Shown in pieces: positions 1-8,060 of a stretch of 64,000 nucleotides of DNA; the first letter of the stretch is position 1, and every line of letters begins with the position of its first letter. The stretch is taken from assembly GCF_000007005.1 (NCBI RefSeq), contig NC_002754.1; one strand, given 5' to 3'. The stretch comes from Saccharolobus solfataricus P2 (lineage in GTDB: Archaea > Thermoproteota > Thermoprotei_A > Sulfolobales > Sulfolobaceae). The translations under genes and the position numbers were made by a program. A model generated the notes under the pieces. That model was not told where the DNA came from. It ran no database searches and worked only from the letters and a program-made list of their open reading frames with translations.

Positions 1-271
1 CGGAAAGTGCGTATAGCATAATATTCGTACCTTTATCTCCATGTTTAATCCTCTCTATACTATCAATTAACTTGTCAACCTCGTCAATTTCATTGAAGAT
101 GGAGTGATAGCTCACTAACGAGTGAGCGGAGAAATAGAATTCATAGTCATATTTCTTTAAGCCTTCCCTTAAACTCTCCACGAACTTCTCGCTTTCTTTA
201 ATTCTTCCTAGACCTCTTAATGCCACTGCCAAAGTATAATTATTTAGAATTTTCTCCGTTTTTTCTCTTTT
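1..271 (-). pseudogene. 5'-truncated paralogue of the 9907..11070 helical-repeat gene (continues off the left edge)
   Basis: Positions 33..271 are identical to 10295..10533. Positions 1..32 are similar but diverged. Homology stops abruptly at 271, and no start is present before the ATPase gene. Confidence 0.85.
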
Positions 272-325
272 ATACGTTAAATAATAAGATTTTAATACAT
301 AAGGCTTTGTATAGTTTTATACACA

Positions 326-1408
326 TTATTTTTTTAAATAAAAAGACAAAATAGGGTCTATTATCTTGTATTCATCATTTATCTTATCTACAAGTCCTCG
401 ATTTTTTAGTATTTTTATTACTCTATATATATTTGATACTTTGATTTCGCTTAATTTATTACCTTTTGCTAGGCCTTTCAATACCTTAATTTCGTTCTTT
501 GTAAGCCCCTCTAGATCTTTTTTCAACTCTATCTCTACATTAGGATCTTCAAGAATGGCTTCAATGTTACATTCCCTCTCAAATATCAATCCGGCTAAAT
601 TCAACCACGCGGGGATACCTTCGGTTAATTCATAGACTTTTTCGTAATATTCTTTACATTTTCCTTTAAGCCCTTCATTTAAGAACCTTATTGACGTTTC
701 TTTGTCAAATGATTTAAGTCTCTCTATTTTGAAATAGTTGTAAAATGGTTCTTTAGCCTCAGTTATCATTTCCTCTATTATACCTGTTTCAGATCCAGAA
801 ACTATTATTTCAACGTTTTTACTTTCTTGTAATCTTTTCCTAGTTAACTCTAAGATCTTTGGAAATGGTTGTTTAAGAACTCTAATCTTTTGAAACTCAT
901 CTATCATGATTACTACGTTCTTCCCAGTATCTTCAGCGATTCTTTGAGGTAAAAGTAACACATCATCTAAGATTTCACTGGGTTTTAATTTATTCTCTTT
1001 AAATAGAGAATAACGATCAATATATAACTCTAAATTCTGCATTCTAATGCTTAAGCTTTTGATTGAGCCAAGGAACTGATTTAATGACGCCACTAGAGAT
1101 GATATCGTATTTTTAGCTCTCATTTTAAGCGACTTAGATAATGCCTCCAACACTAGCTTGCTAGTGAGCTCATCAGCAAATTCTTCTATTGATGTTATTC
1201 CTTCTAAACTTATCTTTGCTACTATATATTCATTACCTAATTTAATTTTAATATAATTTAGGAGTGAAGATTTACCCATTCTTCTGGGAGCTAATATTGC
1301 TACGGGCTGTCTTCTATTTATATAGCTAAGTAAAACGTTAACGTAATCCTCTCTATCAAAGAATTCATCTTCTTCAGTTAACTCTCTACCGAATATGAAT
1401 TTGACCAT
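326..1408 (-). CDS. Archaeal AAA+ (ATPase_2-type) ATPase with C-terminal winged HTH
   Basis: Walker A APRRMGKSS, Walker B IMIDEFQ, SGS motif, FDRE N-terminal motif and wHTH-like C-terminus. Paralogue of 45049..46209. Confidence 0.85.
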   Translation of the reverse strand: MVKFIFGRELTEEDEFFDREDYVNVLLSYINRRQPVAILAPRRMGKSSLLNYIKIKLGNEYIVAKISLEGITSIEEFADELTSKLVLEALSKSLKMRAKNTISSLVASLNQFLGSIKSLSIRMQNLELYIDRYSLFKENKLKPSEILDDVLLLPQRIAEDTGKNVVIMIDEFQKIRVLKQPFPKILELTRKRLQESKNVEIIVSGSETGIIEEMITEAKEPFYNYFKIERLKSFDKETSIRFLNEGLKGKCKEYYEKVYELTEGIPAWLNLAGLIFERECNIEAILEDPNVEIELKKDLEGLTKNEIKVLKGLAKGNKLSEIKVSNIYRVIKILKNRGLVDKINDEYKIIDPILSFYLKK

Positions 1409-1436
1409 ACGGTACCGATATTATATCGGTACCGTA
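1408..1436. promoter_or_regulatory. Perfect 29-bp palindrome (two GGTACC cores 17 bp apart) between the TATA box and start codon of the ATPase gene
   Basis: TACGGTACCGATAT-T-ATATCGGTACCGTA. TTTAAA lies just upstream on the minus strand. Confidence 0.7.
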
Positions 1437-1604
1437 GTTTAAATTATTTACTGCGTTCAGTACACATTCTACCTAATAACTGCTTTAGCTAGGAAGTTGC
1501 CCAAGTATAGATGGAGTGTTTGGTATAATAATAAGCCTTATGAGGTGAAGTGACCCTCCCCTAATCACGCGGATTGAAAGAGTCCGCGTGGCAATAGTAG
1601 CTGA

Positions 1605-1868
1605 TACTATGCTCAAAATTGGACCGAAAGATTTATTACTGAACGCCCTTTTGGAGAACATGAAATAACTTATAGGATAAATTACGGTGAAGATAGTATA
1701 CTAAGAACTTTTAAAGTTAGGTATTTAGGAAAGGAAGGGGATAAGCATAGGGCCTTAATAAAAGAAGGCGTAACTGGTTGTGGAATAAGAACTAGAAGAA
1801 TAGAGAACAAGGAGATATTAATACCAGATAAACTGTATCAGCCTTTACCCTTTACAACAAAGGAGTGA
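1605..1868 (+). pseudogene. Start-less open frame (~87 codons), possibly a decayed upstream part of the archaeocin-like precursor or an unrelated fragment
   Basis: Stop-to-stop frame YYAQNWTERF...PFTTKE*. It overlaps the Cys-rich frame and has no ATG/GTG/TTG start that I could assign. Confidence 0.3.
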
Positions 1869-2160
1869 AAGTGAAGAAGATAAAGATCCAAATCCGATAG
1901 AATGCGAAATATGTAAAGCAATAGTTTCAGTATTATGTGGACTATTAGCTGAAGGAGTAGCTAAAAGTGTGGCATGTGACGAAGCTTGTGGAACAGTTTG
2001 CTTAATATTTGTTGAGGATCCCATTATTTATGATATTTGTGTGGTAATATGTATACCTTCTTGTGATGAACTACTTCAACTAATTATCTCAATAGGAGTA
2101 GCGACTGCATGTGGACTAGGTGGTGAGTATCTATGTCAAAAGGCTGGTCTGTGTTGCTAA
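1822..2160 (+). CDS. Halocin C8-like Cys-rich bacteriocin domain (possibly pseudogenised precursor)
   Basis: The frame is open from 1822: ...SESEEDKDPNPIECEICKAIVSVLCGLLAEGVAKSVACDEACGTVC...YLCQKAGLCC*, with 13 Cys from 1903 on. The CxxCK start and CxKAGLC end resemble halocin C8 (CSACK...CNRAGLC). The first canonical start is GTG 1969, inside the domain. Confidence 0.65.
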   Translation, partial: YQINCISLYPLQQRSESEEDKDPNPIECEICKAIVSVLCGLLAEGVAKSVACDEACGTVCLIFVEDPIIYDICVVICIPSCDELLQLIISIGVATACGLGGEYLCQKAGLCC

Positions 2161-2212
2161 TAGATTTTTTTTAGATATGTGGTTATAAATAGCTAAGGAG
2201 GGAGGGATAGAA

Positions 2213-2776
2213 ATGGAAAGAAAGGGGACAGAAATAGAAAGAAATAAGATATCTTTTTTAAAGTGGCTTGAGCTAACATTATTATTTGTGATTTTGCCTT
2301 CAGTAGTGGCAGTCATACTATCATTCTCAATCCCTTACTATTTATTGCATAACATAACACTAGCAAACACTCTTAGTACAATAATTCCAATAATAGTATT
2401 TGGCATCTCAGTGGCTTATTTTGGCAAGTACCGCAAAAGTCATGGCATTATAACTCCCTTTATGAAAAGAACATCTATTCCAATTTTACCAGATAGTGGA
2501 CAACCAATTGACGAAAAGTATATTAAGAGTTTCGAAGCTGGGCTAAAATTTGTTAAAGGTGAAGAGTATATTAAACGTTTAGCTATGATTGGTATGATGT
2601 ATTTGCAAAATGCCGTTGCTTATGATAATAAAGACCTCTATTTGAAGGCTAAGGAATACTTATCAAAGGCTGAGGAGGCTATGAAGGGAAAGGATGTGAG
2701 ATTTGAGACTAGATTGTTGGTTGATAATTTGAGGAGTAAGATTGAAACGTATAAGTACCGTTTCGGAGAAAGATAA
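2213..2776 (+). CDS. Two-TM membrane protein with helical C-terminal domain; candidate immunity/accessory protein
   Basis: 187 aa with two hydrophobic segments near the N-terminus. A GGAGG-like SD precedes the ATG, and the gene lies directly downstream of the Cys-rich ORF. Confidence 0.7.
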   Translation: MERKGTEIERNKISFLKWLELTLLFVILPSVVAVILSFSIPYYLLHNITLANTLSTIIPIIVFGISVAYFGKYRKSHGIITPFMKRTSIPILPDSGQPIDEKYIKSFEAGLKFVKGEEYIKRLAMIGMMYLQNAVAYDNKDLYLKAKEYLSKAEEAMKGKDVRFETRLLVDNLRSKIETYKYRFGER

Positions 2777-2779
2777 GCA

Positions 2780-2977
2780 ATATCTGGCTAAACTGAGGAG
2801 TTATCTAAATAAAAAGAAAATTCTGAGTATAGTACACCACACGCTTTATGAGAAATTGAGAGAAGAGATCTCATTACCATCAAATATGGTTGAAAACCGT
2901 TATAGAGACGCTGTCTCAATATACAAGGTATGGCATAATAATCCTGACACAGAAAAGACAAGCCTCGCCCCTTCCAG
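2780..2977 (+). pseudogene. tnpB: N-terminal tnpB remnant plus left arm of an IS200/IS605 right-end hairpin
   Basis: LYEKLREEISLPSNMVENRYRDAVSIYKVWHNNP resembles Sulfolobus TnpB N-termini. AGCCTCGCCCCTTCCAG at 2961..2977 is the hairpin arm, whose partner is at 4167..4186. Confidence 0.5.
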
Positions 2978-4166
2978 CGATAGACCCAAAATCATCTTAC
3001 AAAAATAATTCTGATTGAACAATATTAAATTTGTTAAACATAACCAAGTTTATAACAACATTAAGAATTCAAGAAATTGGAAAAAAGGTTTAAAGCGAGA
3101 AAATCGGTATTACCATAAGGGTTTACGGTATGCCAATTCCCTCATTAAACATTCAACAAATAGTGTATAAATTACTTTCCATGATTAACTTCCACGGGAG
3201 GAAGGGAGAGGAAGCTACAAAAACCTCGGTCTCAGCATCATTACACAACGATTCAGTGGAAAAACGTTTCCAAAGCTTACAACGTATCACCACAAACAGT
3301 GAGGAATTACGTTGAAGAACAAGGATTACAAGTAGTGGAAAAATACTGGAATAAGTGAAACAAATCTCACTCGAAACGCTTAAGGACGTGAAGGAGATAG
3401 ATCTATCATTAGATTGGACAACTTGGTACGGAAAACTTGTAGAAGGTTTGGGAAGCTCAGAAAAGGGATACTCGTGGAACTACACAACAACGACGAAATA
3501 CGAGGGAAAAATCCTCATACTCGCCTTCATACCGCAAGTTAATGACAAAGGATGAGATTGTCAAGATCTTGATTGAACAAGTGGTTGCAATGGGATTTAG
3601 GATTAAACTGATAGCACTTGATGCAGGATTTTACACGGTTGAGGTGATAAAATTCATATCCCAGTTCAACTACATTATTGGAGTTCCCGTTAGTGATGTC
3701 AAGATCTACGAGGAGTTTGATGGTGAATATGTTACGAATAGTAAGAGGCGTAGTAAGGGTGAGCAGGTTAAATTTAGGCTGATCGTGTATAGGGAGAAGA
3801 TCAAGAGGAAAAAGAAGGAGGTTGTTTACTTCGCCAGGGGTACAAATCTCGATTTACCCAAGAATAAGGTCTTGGAGTAACAAGGTGAGGAATCCGATAG
3901 AAACGTCTTATAAGAGTGTTAAATCGTTCCTCCCCTTTACGTGTTCAACAAAGTTCATTTTCCGCATGTTAATCTTCTTACTTGACGTGCTCGTTTACTC
4001 CTTGTACACTATCCTCAAGGATAACGTGAAAATGAGGACTTTCAAATCACTAATTTCAAAAAATATTGAAAATATATCTGAGATAGAGATTTATTTAAGT
4101 AAATTGGAGGAAACGCTTACTAATACTACAGGTTTATTTTTAAGGAGGTGATTTTTGGGAGTACCG
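2978..4166 (+). mobile_element. Decayed ISH3-family element (ISC1225-like); transposase broken by frameshifts and stops
   Basis: Fragments NIQQIVYKLLSMINF, LSLDWTT, IALDAGFY and RNPIETSY. Imperfect TIRs CGATAGACCCAAAATC / CGGTACTCCCAAAAATC. Confidence 0.8.
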
Positions 4167-4186
4167 GTTAGGGCGGGGTAGCTCAC
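4167..4186 (+). mobile_element. IS200/IS605 right-end tip
   Basis: GTTAGGGCGGGGTAGCTCAC has the same terminal motif as the ISC1316 right end at 27306. Confidence 0.65.
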
Positions 4187-4277
4187 AGATATATAAACCC
4201 TATGAAAGTCTGATCCCTATTTCGAATGCAGATATTCCTAAAATAAGTCCATAATAATATATGGCCAATAAGTGCTA

Positions 4278-4706
4278 TTATGAAAACATCAGGTAATATG
4301 CTGCTGCCATTGATCCCAGAAAATGTATCATTACTGGTGCAAACATAGTCATGGCAACTGGAATGAAAACTACTACATAAACAATTAAACCCGTGGCTAA
4401 ACCAAGTCCTAATGCCTTTAAACTGAATGTAAGATTTAATTGTCTTACATATAATACAATCACACCAAATATTACACCTATTACTATGCTGACCACAAAA
4501 TGCGCAATCATGCCCACAGCTACAGCGTTACTCATTGATGCACCTAGAGCCATACCCATTACCATAGGAAAACCCTGCTGGAGGACGACCTAAGCTCATT
4601 GCCCCTATCATTAGCACTATGACCATTGCTATACCACCCAGGATTCCACCTATTATAGAGGAAATTATAATATTTTTGCTCTGAGATTTTCTTTCTTATT
4701 ATCCAT
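4278..4706 (-). pseudogene. Frameshifted multi-TM membrane protein
   Basis: Hydrophobic segments in three frames (KNIIISSIIGGILGGIAMVIV..., MVMGMALG...HFVVSIVIGVIF). ATG at 4706. Confidence 0.55.
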
Positions 4707-5076
4707 TTATCTTCACATACTCTAAACTTAATAATTGAACATACACAATAATTTCTTCATTGGATTATCCTAATTCATACTAGAAATTTTCACAATTAGT
4801 CGTTTTAATCGAGATGTAGCTAAGGAATTAGAACGTGAAAAAACGGCCTCTGAAAAAGGTTTATGTGAGAAGGTTATGAAATCTTTTTGTGGTAGTACTA
4901 GAATGAACCTCGTAAGCCCTTTCACATAAGCTTTTCTAAAATAATGTCTTTGTTAAAATTTCTATATCTTAAACGTTAAACGAGCGTTTTTCCATACTAC
5001 TCCAATATTTTTACAAACGTTTTTTGGATTTCATGACTGTTTGAGAACACTCCCAAAAAACAAGCTTAATATATTT

Positions 5077-5135
5077 ATGTTACATTAGTACTAACCGTGT
5101 CATACGACATTGCTGAGGAATTTTTGAGGAAGGGG
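5077..5135 (+). pseudogene. 5' remnant of a PaREP1 gene, cut off by the structured RNA element
   Basis: Encodes VSYDIAEEFLRKG versus VYYEEAEEFLSKG of 9081..9446, with visible nucleotide similarity around AGTACTA and GCTGAGGA. Confidence 0.45.
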
Positions 5136-5306
5136 TCGGACTTTCATTGAGGTTTCATGAATTTGTATTCAACCCCTCGTCCTCATACCCCTTATTTTCC
5201 TCCCCATGCCGTCTACGGGACTAACTCCCTTCAAGGACATGGGGAGTTTCATTGGGTGCCTTCCTCCCCCTCACATTGCTCACAGAGTTCATTGTGGCAC
5301 CCTCTA
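5132..5306 (-). ncRNA. Structured K-turn-rich RNA, copy 1 (candidate omegaRNA-like guide scaffold)
   Basis: Homologous to 7443..7627. Stems GGGUGCC/GGCACCC and CUCCCCAUGUC/GGCAUGGGGAG, with repeated GA...AAUGA K-turn-like strands. TATA (TTTATAAA) lies ~30 nt upstream. Confidence 0.65.
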
Positions 5307-5326
5307 ACTTAATGTTAGCATGAAAG

Positions 5327-5334
5327 TTTATAAA
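5327..5334. promoter_or_regulatory. Palindromic TATA box, possibly bidirectional
   Basis: TTTATAAA has A-rich BRE-like flanks on both strands. It is correctly spaced for a leaderless ATG at 5357 (+) and for an RNA start near 5305 (-). Confidence 0.55.
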
Positions 5335-5356
5335 TTTTAATGCTTCTAACATTCTT

Positions 5357-5521
5357 ATGGAGCAAATAGTTTTCAGATCAACGGTCTCAAGTTATGGTAC
5401 AGATAAGTATGGGAATAAAAGATATGGCATAACAATACCTTCAAAACTAAGGGATAAGGGTGAGAAATTATACGGCAAGGAGGTGATTGTAATTGTTATC
5501 CTACCAGATGATGAGGAGTAA
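5357..5521 (+). CDS. Small AbrB/SpoVT-like (DUF2080-like) DNA-binding protein, 54 aa (below the ORF-track cutoff)
   Basis: MEQIVFRSTVSSYGTDKYGNKRYGITIPSKLRDKGEKLYGKEVIVIVILPDDEE* has the GITIP...GKEVIVIV swapped-hairpin pattern. It overlaps the start of the tnpB-like gene. Confidence 0.7.
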   Translation: MEQIVFRSTVSSYGTDKYGNKRYGITIPSKLRDKGEKLYGKEVIVIVILPDDEE

Positions 5522-6602
5522 ATTAATAGGGTCTAAGGAAGCACTTGATAACTTTCAATTCGTCACAATAAACGGTAAAGTGATTTTCAACGAGAAAGAC
5601 AAGGTTGTTAGGATTGCTAGGGTTTACTCACAAGTTGTTAAGAGTGCTATTAAACCGTTGTTTGATGGGAAGAGTGTTGATGAGTTAACTAAGGAGTTTT
5701 ATAATGTTTTACCTAACTATGTTTATCTTGAAACTGCTTTAAAGCAAGCTAAGACAATTGTTGAGGGTTTGTTAGAAAGGGAGGAAGAGAGGGGTGAGAT
5801 AATTCATGCAAGGATTAGAAAGTTCTGGTTTGGGAGTAGGGGTAATAAAAGTGATAGGGGTAATAGGAATATGAAGTTCCGCGTTTTAGAAGACCGCGTG
5901 TTAATTAAGGTTAGAGACCCGTGGAATAAGGAGTGGATTTTTGGGAAAGCTTATTTCGGTAAGGAGTACTTACCACTGCTTAAGGAGTTGGAGGATTTAG
6001 CTCAAAGGAAGGAGGAGGGTTACGGTGCTTTAGTAAGTTTTAAGGAAAAGTCGATGATTCACCTTCAAATCCCACTCTGGTTGTACTTGAAACACTTCTC
6101 TTTACCGAAGCCTACGGGTTACGGTTTGATTGCTGGTTTTGATTTAAATAGTGACAGACTGAACGTTGTTGTGATTAACAAAGATGGTAAAGTTATTACT
6201 ACTAGAACTTTTTGGTATTCAGATGTTACTAGGCCAGGTTTTCCGAAAGTGAAAGCTAGGGCTTTACGGTTAAACGCTTTATCTAACTCCCTGGAGTTCC
6301 TATCAAGGATTGGTGTTGATTACGTCGTTTTTGAGGATTTATTCCTAGTTAAGAGGAGGAAGTTTATCAAGAGTAAAAGTGGTAATAGGAAGATTAGCAA
6401 ATTTGCTAAGAAGCAGTTACTAATTCACGGTGTTATTAAATCTTTAAGGTTTGGTTTTAACGTCGTGTTGGTCAATCCTAAGGGTACTACTAACTCTGGG
6501 GAGCATGATAGGGTAATGAGGGAAAAAGGGTTTGACAAGCATACGGCATCAGCTTACTTAATAGCATTAAAAGGGTTAGGAATGTTGAATGATATTAAAT
6601 GA
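5493..6602 (+). CDS. tnpB: TnpB-like RuvC protein lacking the C-terminal zinc finger
   Basis: RuvC-I IAGFDLNSD, RuvC-II VVFEDL and RuvC-III-like GFDKHTASAYLIA. NPKGTTNSGEH replaces the NPxxTSxxCxxC ribbon. GGAGGTGA lies upstream of TTG 5493. Confidence 0.75.
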   Translation: MLSYQMMRSKLIGSKEALDNFQFVTINGKVIFNEKDKVVRIARVYSQVVKSAIKPLFDGKSVDELTKEFYNVLPNYVYLETALKQAKTIVEGLLEREEERGEIIHARIRKFWFGSRGNKSDRGNRNMKFRVLEDRVLIKVRDPWNKEWIFGKAYFGKEYLPLLKELEDLAQRKEEGYGALVSFKEKSMIHLQIPLWLYLKHFSLPKPTGYGLIAGFDLNSDRLNVVVINKDGKVITTRTFWYSDVTRPGFPKVKARALRLNALSNSLEFLSRIGVDYVVFEDLFLVKRRKFIKSKSGNRKISKFAKKQLLIHGVIKSLRFGFNVVLVNPKGTTNSGEHDRVMREKGFDKHTASAYLIALKGLGMLNDIK

Positions 6603-6603
6603 C

Positions 6604-6987
6604 ATGAACTTCACGACTTATCGGAAACTGTTGACAACGGCAAAGGATTACTTAAAAGCTTCCGAACTGTCATTTGAGCACAACCTTTATGAAGCCTCAG
6701 CATTAAACAGTGAAATTTCAGCCCAACTCTCCTTAATTTTCAAGTTAGGAATAGAGCCTCCCCGAACTCACGGGATTAGAGAGTTACTTTCATTAATATA
6801 CGCGAAACTTGGAGATAAAAGGATAAGTGACTTTACGAAGGAGAATAGAGAAAAACTCATTATTCTAGAGAACGTGAGAGGAAAGTCACAGTACGGTTTA
6901 CCTCCAGTGTCTAGGGACGAGGCTGAAATAGCTTTAAGTACTGCGCAGGAAATACTAAAACTTGTAGAATCATTATGGAACCTATAG
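6604..6987 (+). CDS. HEPN domain protein (COG2250-like) of a HEPN-MNT toxin-antitoxin pair
   Basis: AKDYLKASE...PPRTHGIRELL...SQYG...EAEIAL. The likely start is ATG 6604 (the ORF track starts at 6589). Confidence 0.8.
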   Translation: MNFTTYRKLLTTAKDYLKASELSFEHNLYEASALNSEISAQLSLIFKLGIEPPRTHGIRELLSLIYAKLGDKRISDFTKENREKLIILENVRGKSQYGLPPVSRDEAEIALSTAQEILKLVESLWNL

Positions 6988-7295
6988 AGAAGATAAAGTT
7001 ATTACGAAACTGGAGGGAAGCACTTAGAAAGCTTAACCTTGAAAGATTTGAAGAAGTATATGTGTTCGGCTCTGTAGTAAGCGACAAGATAACTGGGGCA
7101 AGTGATATTGACTTAATCTTGGTTATTAAACGGGGTGAAGATAGGAATAAAGCGCTAATAGGCTTCTTCGATGAGGTCGAGAGCAAACTAGGGGAGAAAG
7201 CATCATATCTGTTTGACGTTAAAGTAATTTATGAAGATGAGAAAGAATTACCGCCATACAAGTTCTTTCTCAGAGATGCAGTGAGAGTAAAATGA
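6975..7295 (+). CDS. Minimal nucleotidyltransferase (MNT) antitoxin
   Basis: VYVFGS...SDIDL motif. Overlaps the HEPN stop. Confidence 0.9.
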   Translation: MEPIEKIKLLRNWREALRKLNLERFEEVYVFGSVVSDKITGASDIDLILVIKRGEDRNKALIGFFDEVESKLGEKASYLFDVKVIYEDEKELPPYKFFLRDAVRVK

Positions 7296-7442
7296 CTTTG
7301 TCTGTAATATATTTACGTAACTTTTAGTCATTTCTAATTAACTTCTAATCCTCTTAAAGCTATTAGGTAAGTTGATGACATATGCCTATCAAGTTACCTC
7401 ACGTTCATAACCCAAAGCTTAAAATCTTTATAGTTAATTACT

Positions 7443-7627
7443 CAGAGAGTATCACTATGAACTCTATGAGCAGTTGAGAGGGGGAGGAAAGTACTCAATG
7501 AAACTCCTCATGTCGTGATTGGGAGGTAGGCTCCCTAACCTAGGCACGGGGAGGGAGAAGAAGTGATGAGACTGAGTAACTAGTAGTAATTAAAAATAAC
7601 TATTAGTTACGATGAAAGCCGAACTCT
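7443..7627 (+). ncRNA. Structured K-turn-rich RNA, copy 2
   Basis: Aligns to the reverse complement of 5132..5306 with compensatory stem changes (GAGUAU/GUACUC; CUCCUCAUGUC/GGCACGGGGAG). The 11-bp hairpin TAACTAGTAGT/ACTATTAGTTA is closed by CUGAG and CGAUGAAA. It has its own TATA-like element at ~7418. Confidence 0.65.
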
Positions 7628-8060
7628 GTTGTACTTCCTAAGATTTTAAAAGATAAGATAGTTCATCTTAATACACAGAAGATTTTTGCGTGCTTTTTTA
7701 GGGTATTATTGCCGTTGCCAACAGTTTTCGATAAACCGTAAAGTTTATATTATTTTGCATATATATTTATAAAAGTTGAAACAATCCACAAACCATCACT
7801 TTTCTCTACTTTTTAAGATATCTCCTCACTAAGATATCAGGAGGGATATTGTTAGAGAATGCTATTCGATAAATTGTTGATTAGTATATAATGAACATCT
7901 TAAACAAGATCCCACCCACTATTATTGCTAAAGTTATCATAAAGAGTATTTTGTAGTTCTTCAAAGAATCCCTACTTGTCATTATAGATAAGCCTAAAAG
8001 TAACGGGCGACGGATCTATTAAATAAGCTGCTGAAAAATTTACTAGTGCCTCAAATATAA

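Noticed and set aside
366-635. Many antisense shadow ORFs in the track (e.g. 366..635, 12842..13033, 15534..15800, 20467..20715, 52077..52658, 57137..57415)
   Set aside because: They lie opposite well-supported genes and show no motifs or independent signals.
1561-1590. CTAATCACGCGGATTGAAAG resembles a Sulfolobus CRISPR repeat (ATTGAAAG handle) inside a CACGCGGA/TCCGCGTG hairpin
   Set aside because: Single, short, no spacer periodicity and no leader or cas genes. The adjacent TGACCCTCCCC looks like IS-end debris.
4850-4935. Imperfect inverted repeat (GTTTATGTGAGAAGG / CCTTTTCACATAAGC)
   Set aside because: Short, imperfect and single copy; cannot distinguish IS debris from chance.
6700-6760. 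Apparent ~4-residue gap in HEPN (AQLSL-IFKLG lacks the usual KA.L)
   Set aside because: Based on remembered family consensus only; needs an alignment to call it a lesion.
7560-7620. Possible hammerhead ribozyme (TGATGA ... GAAA)
   Set aside because: The core order CUGAUGA-stem-GAAA-stem-UH is not met; K-turn geometry explains the motifs better.
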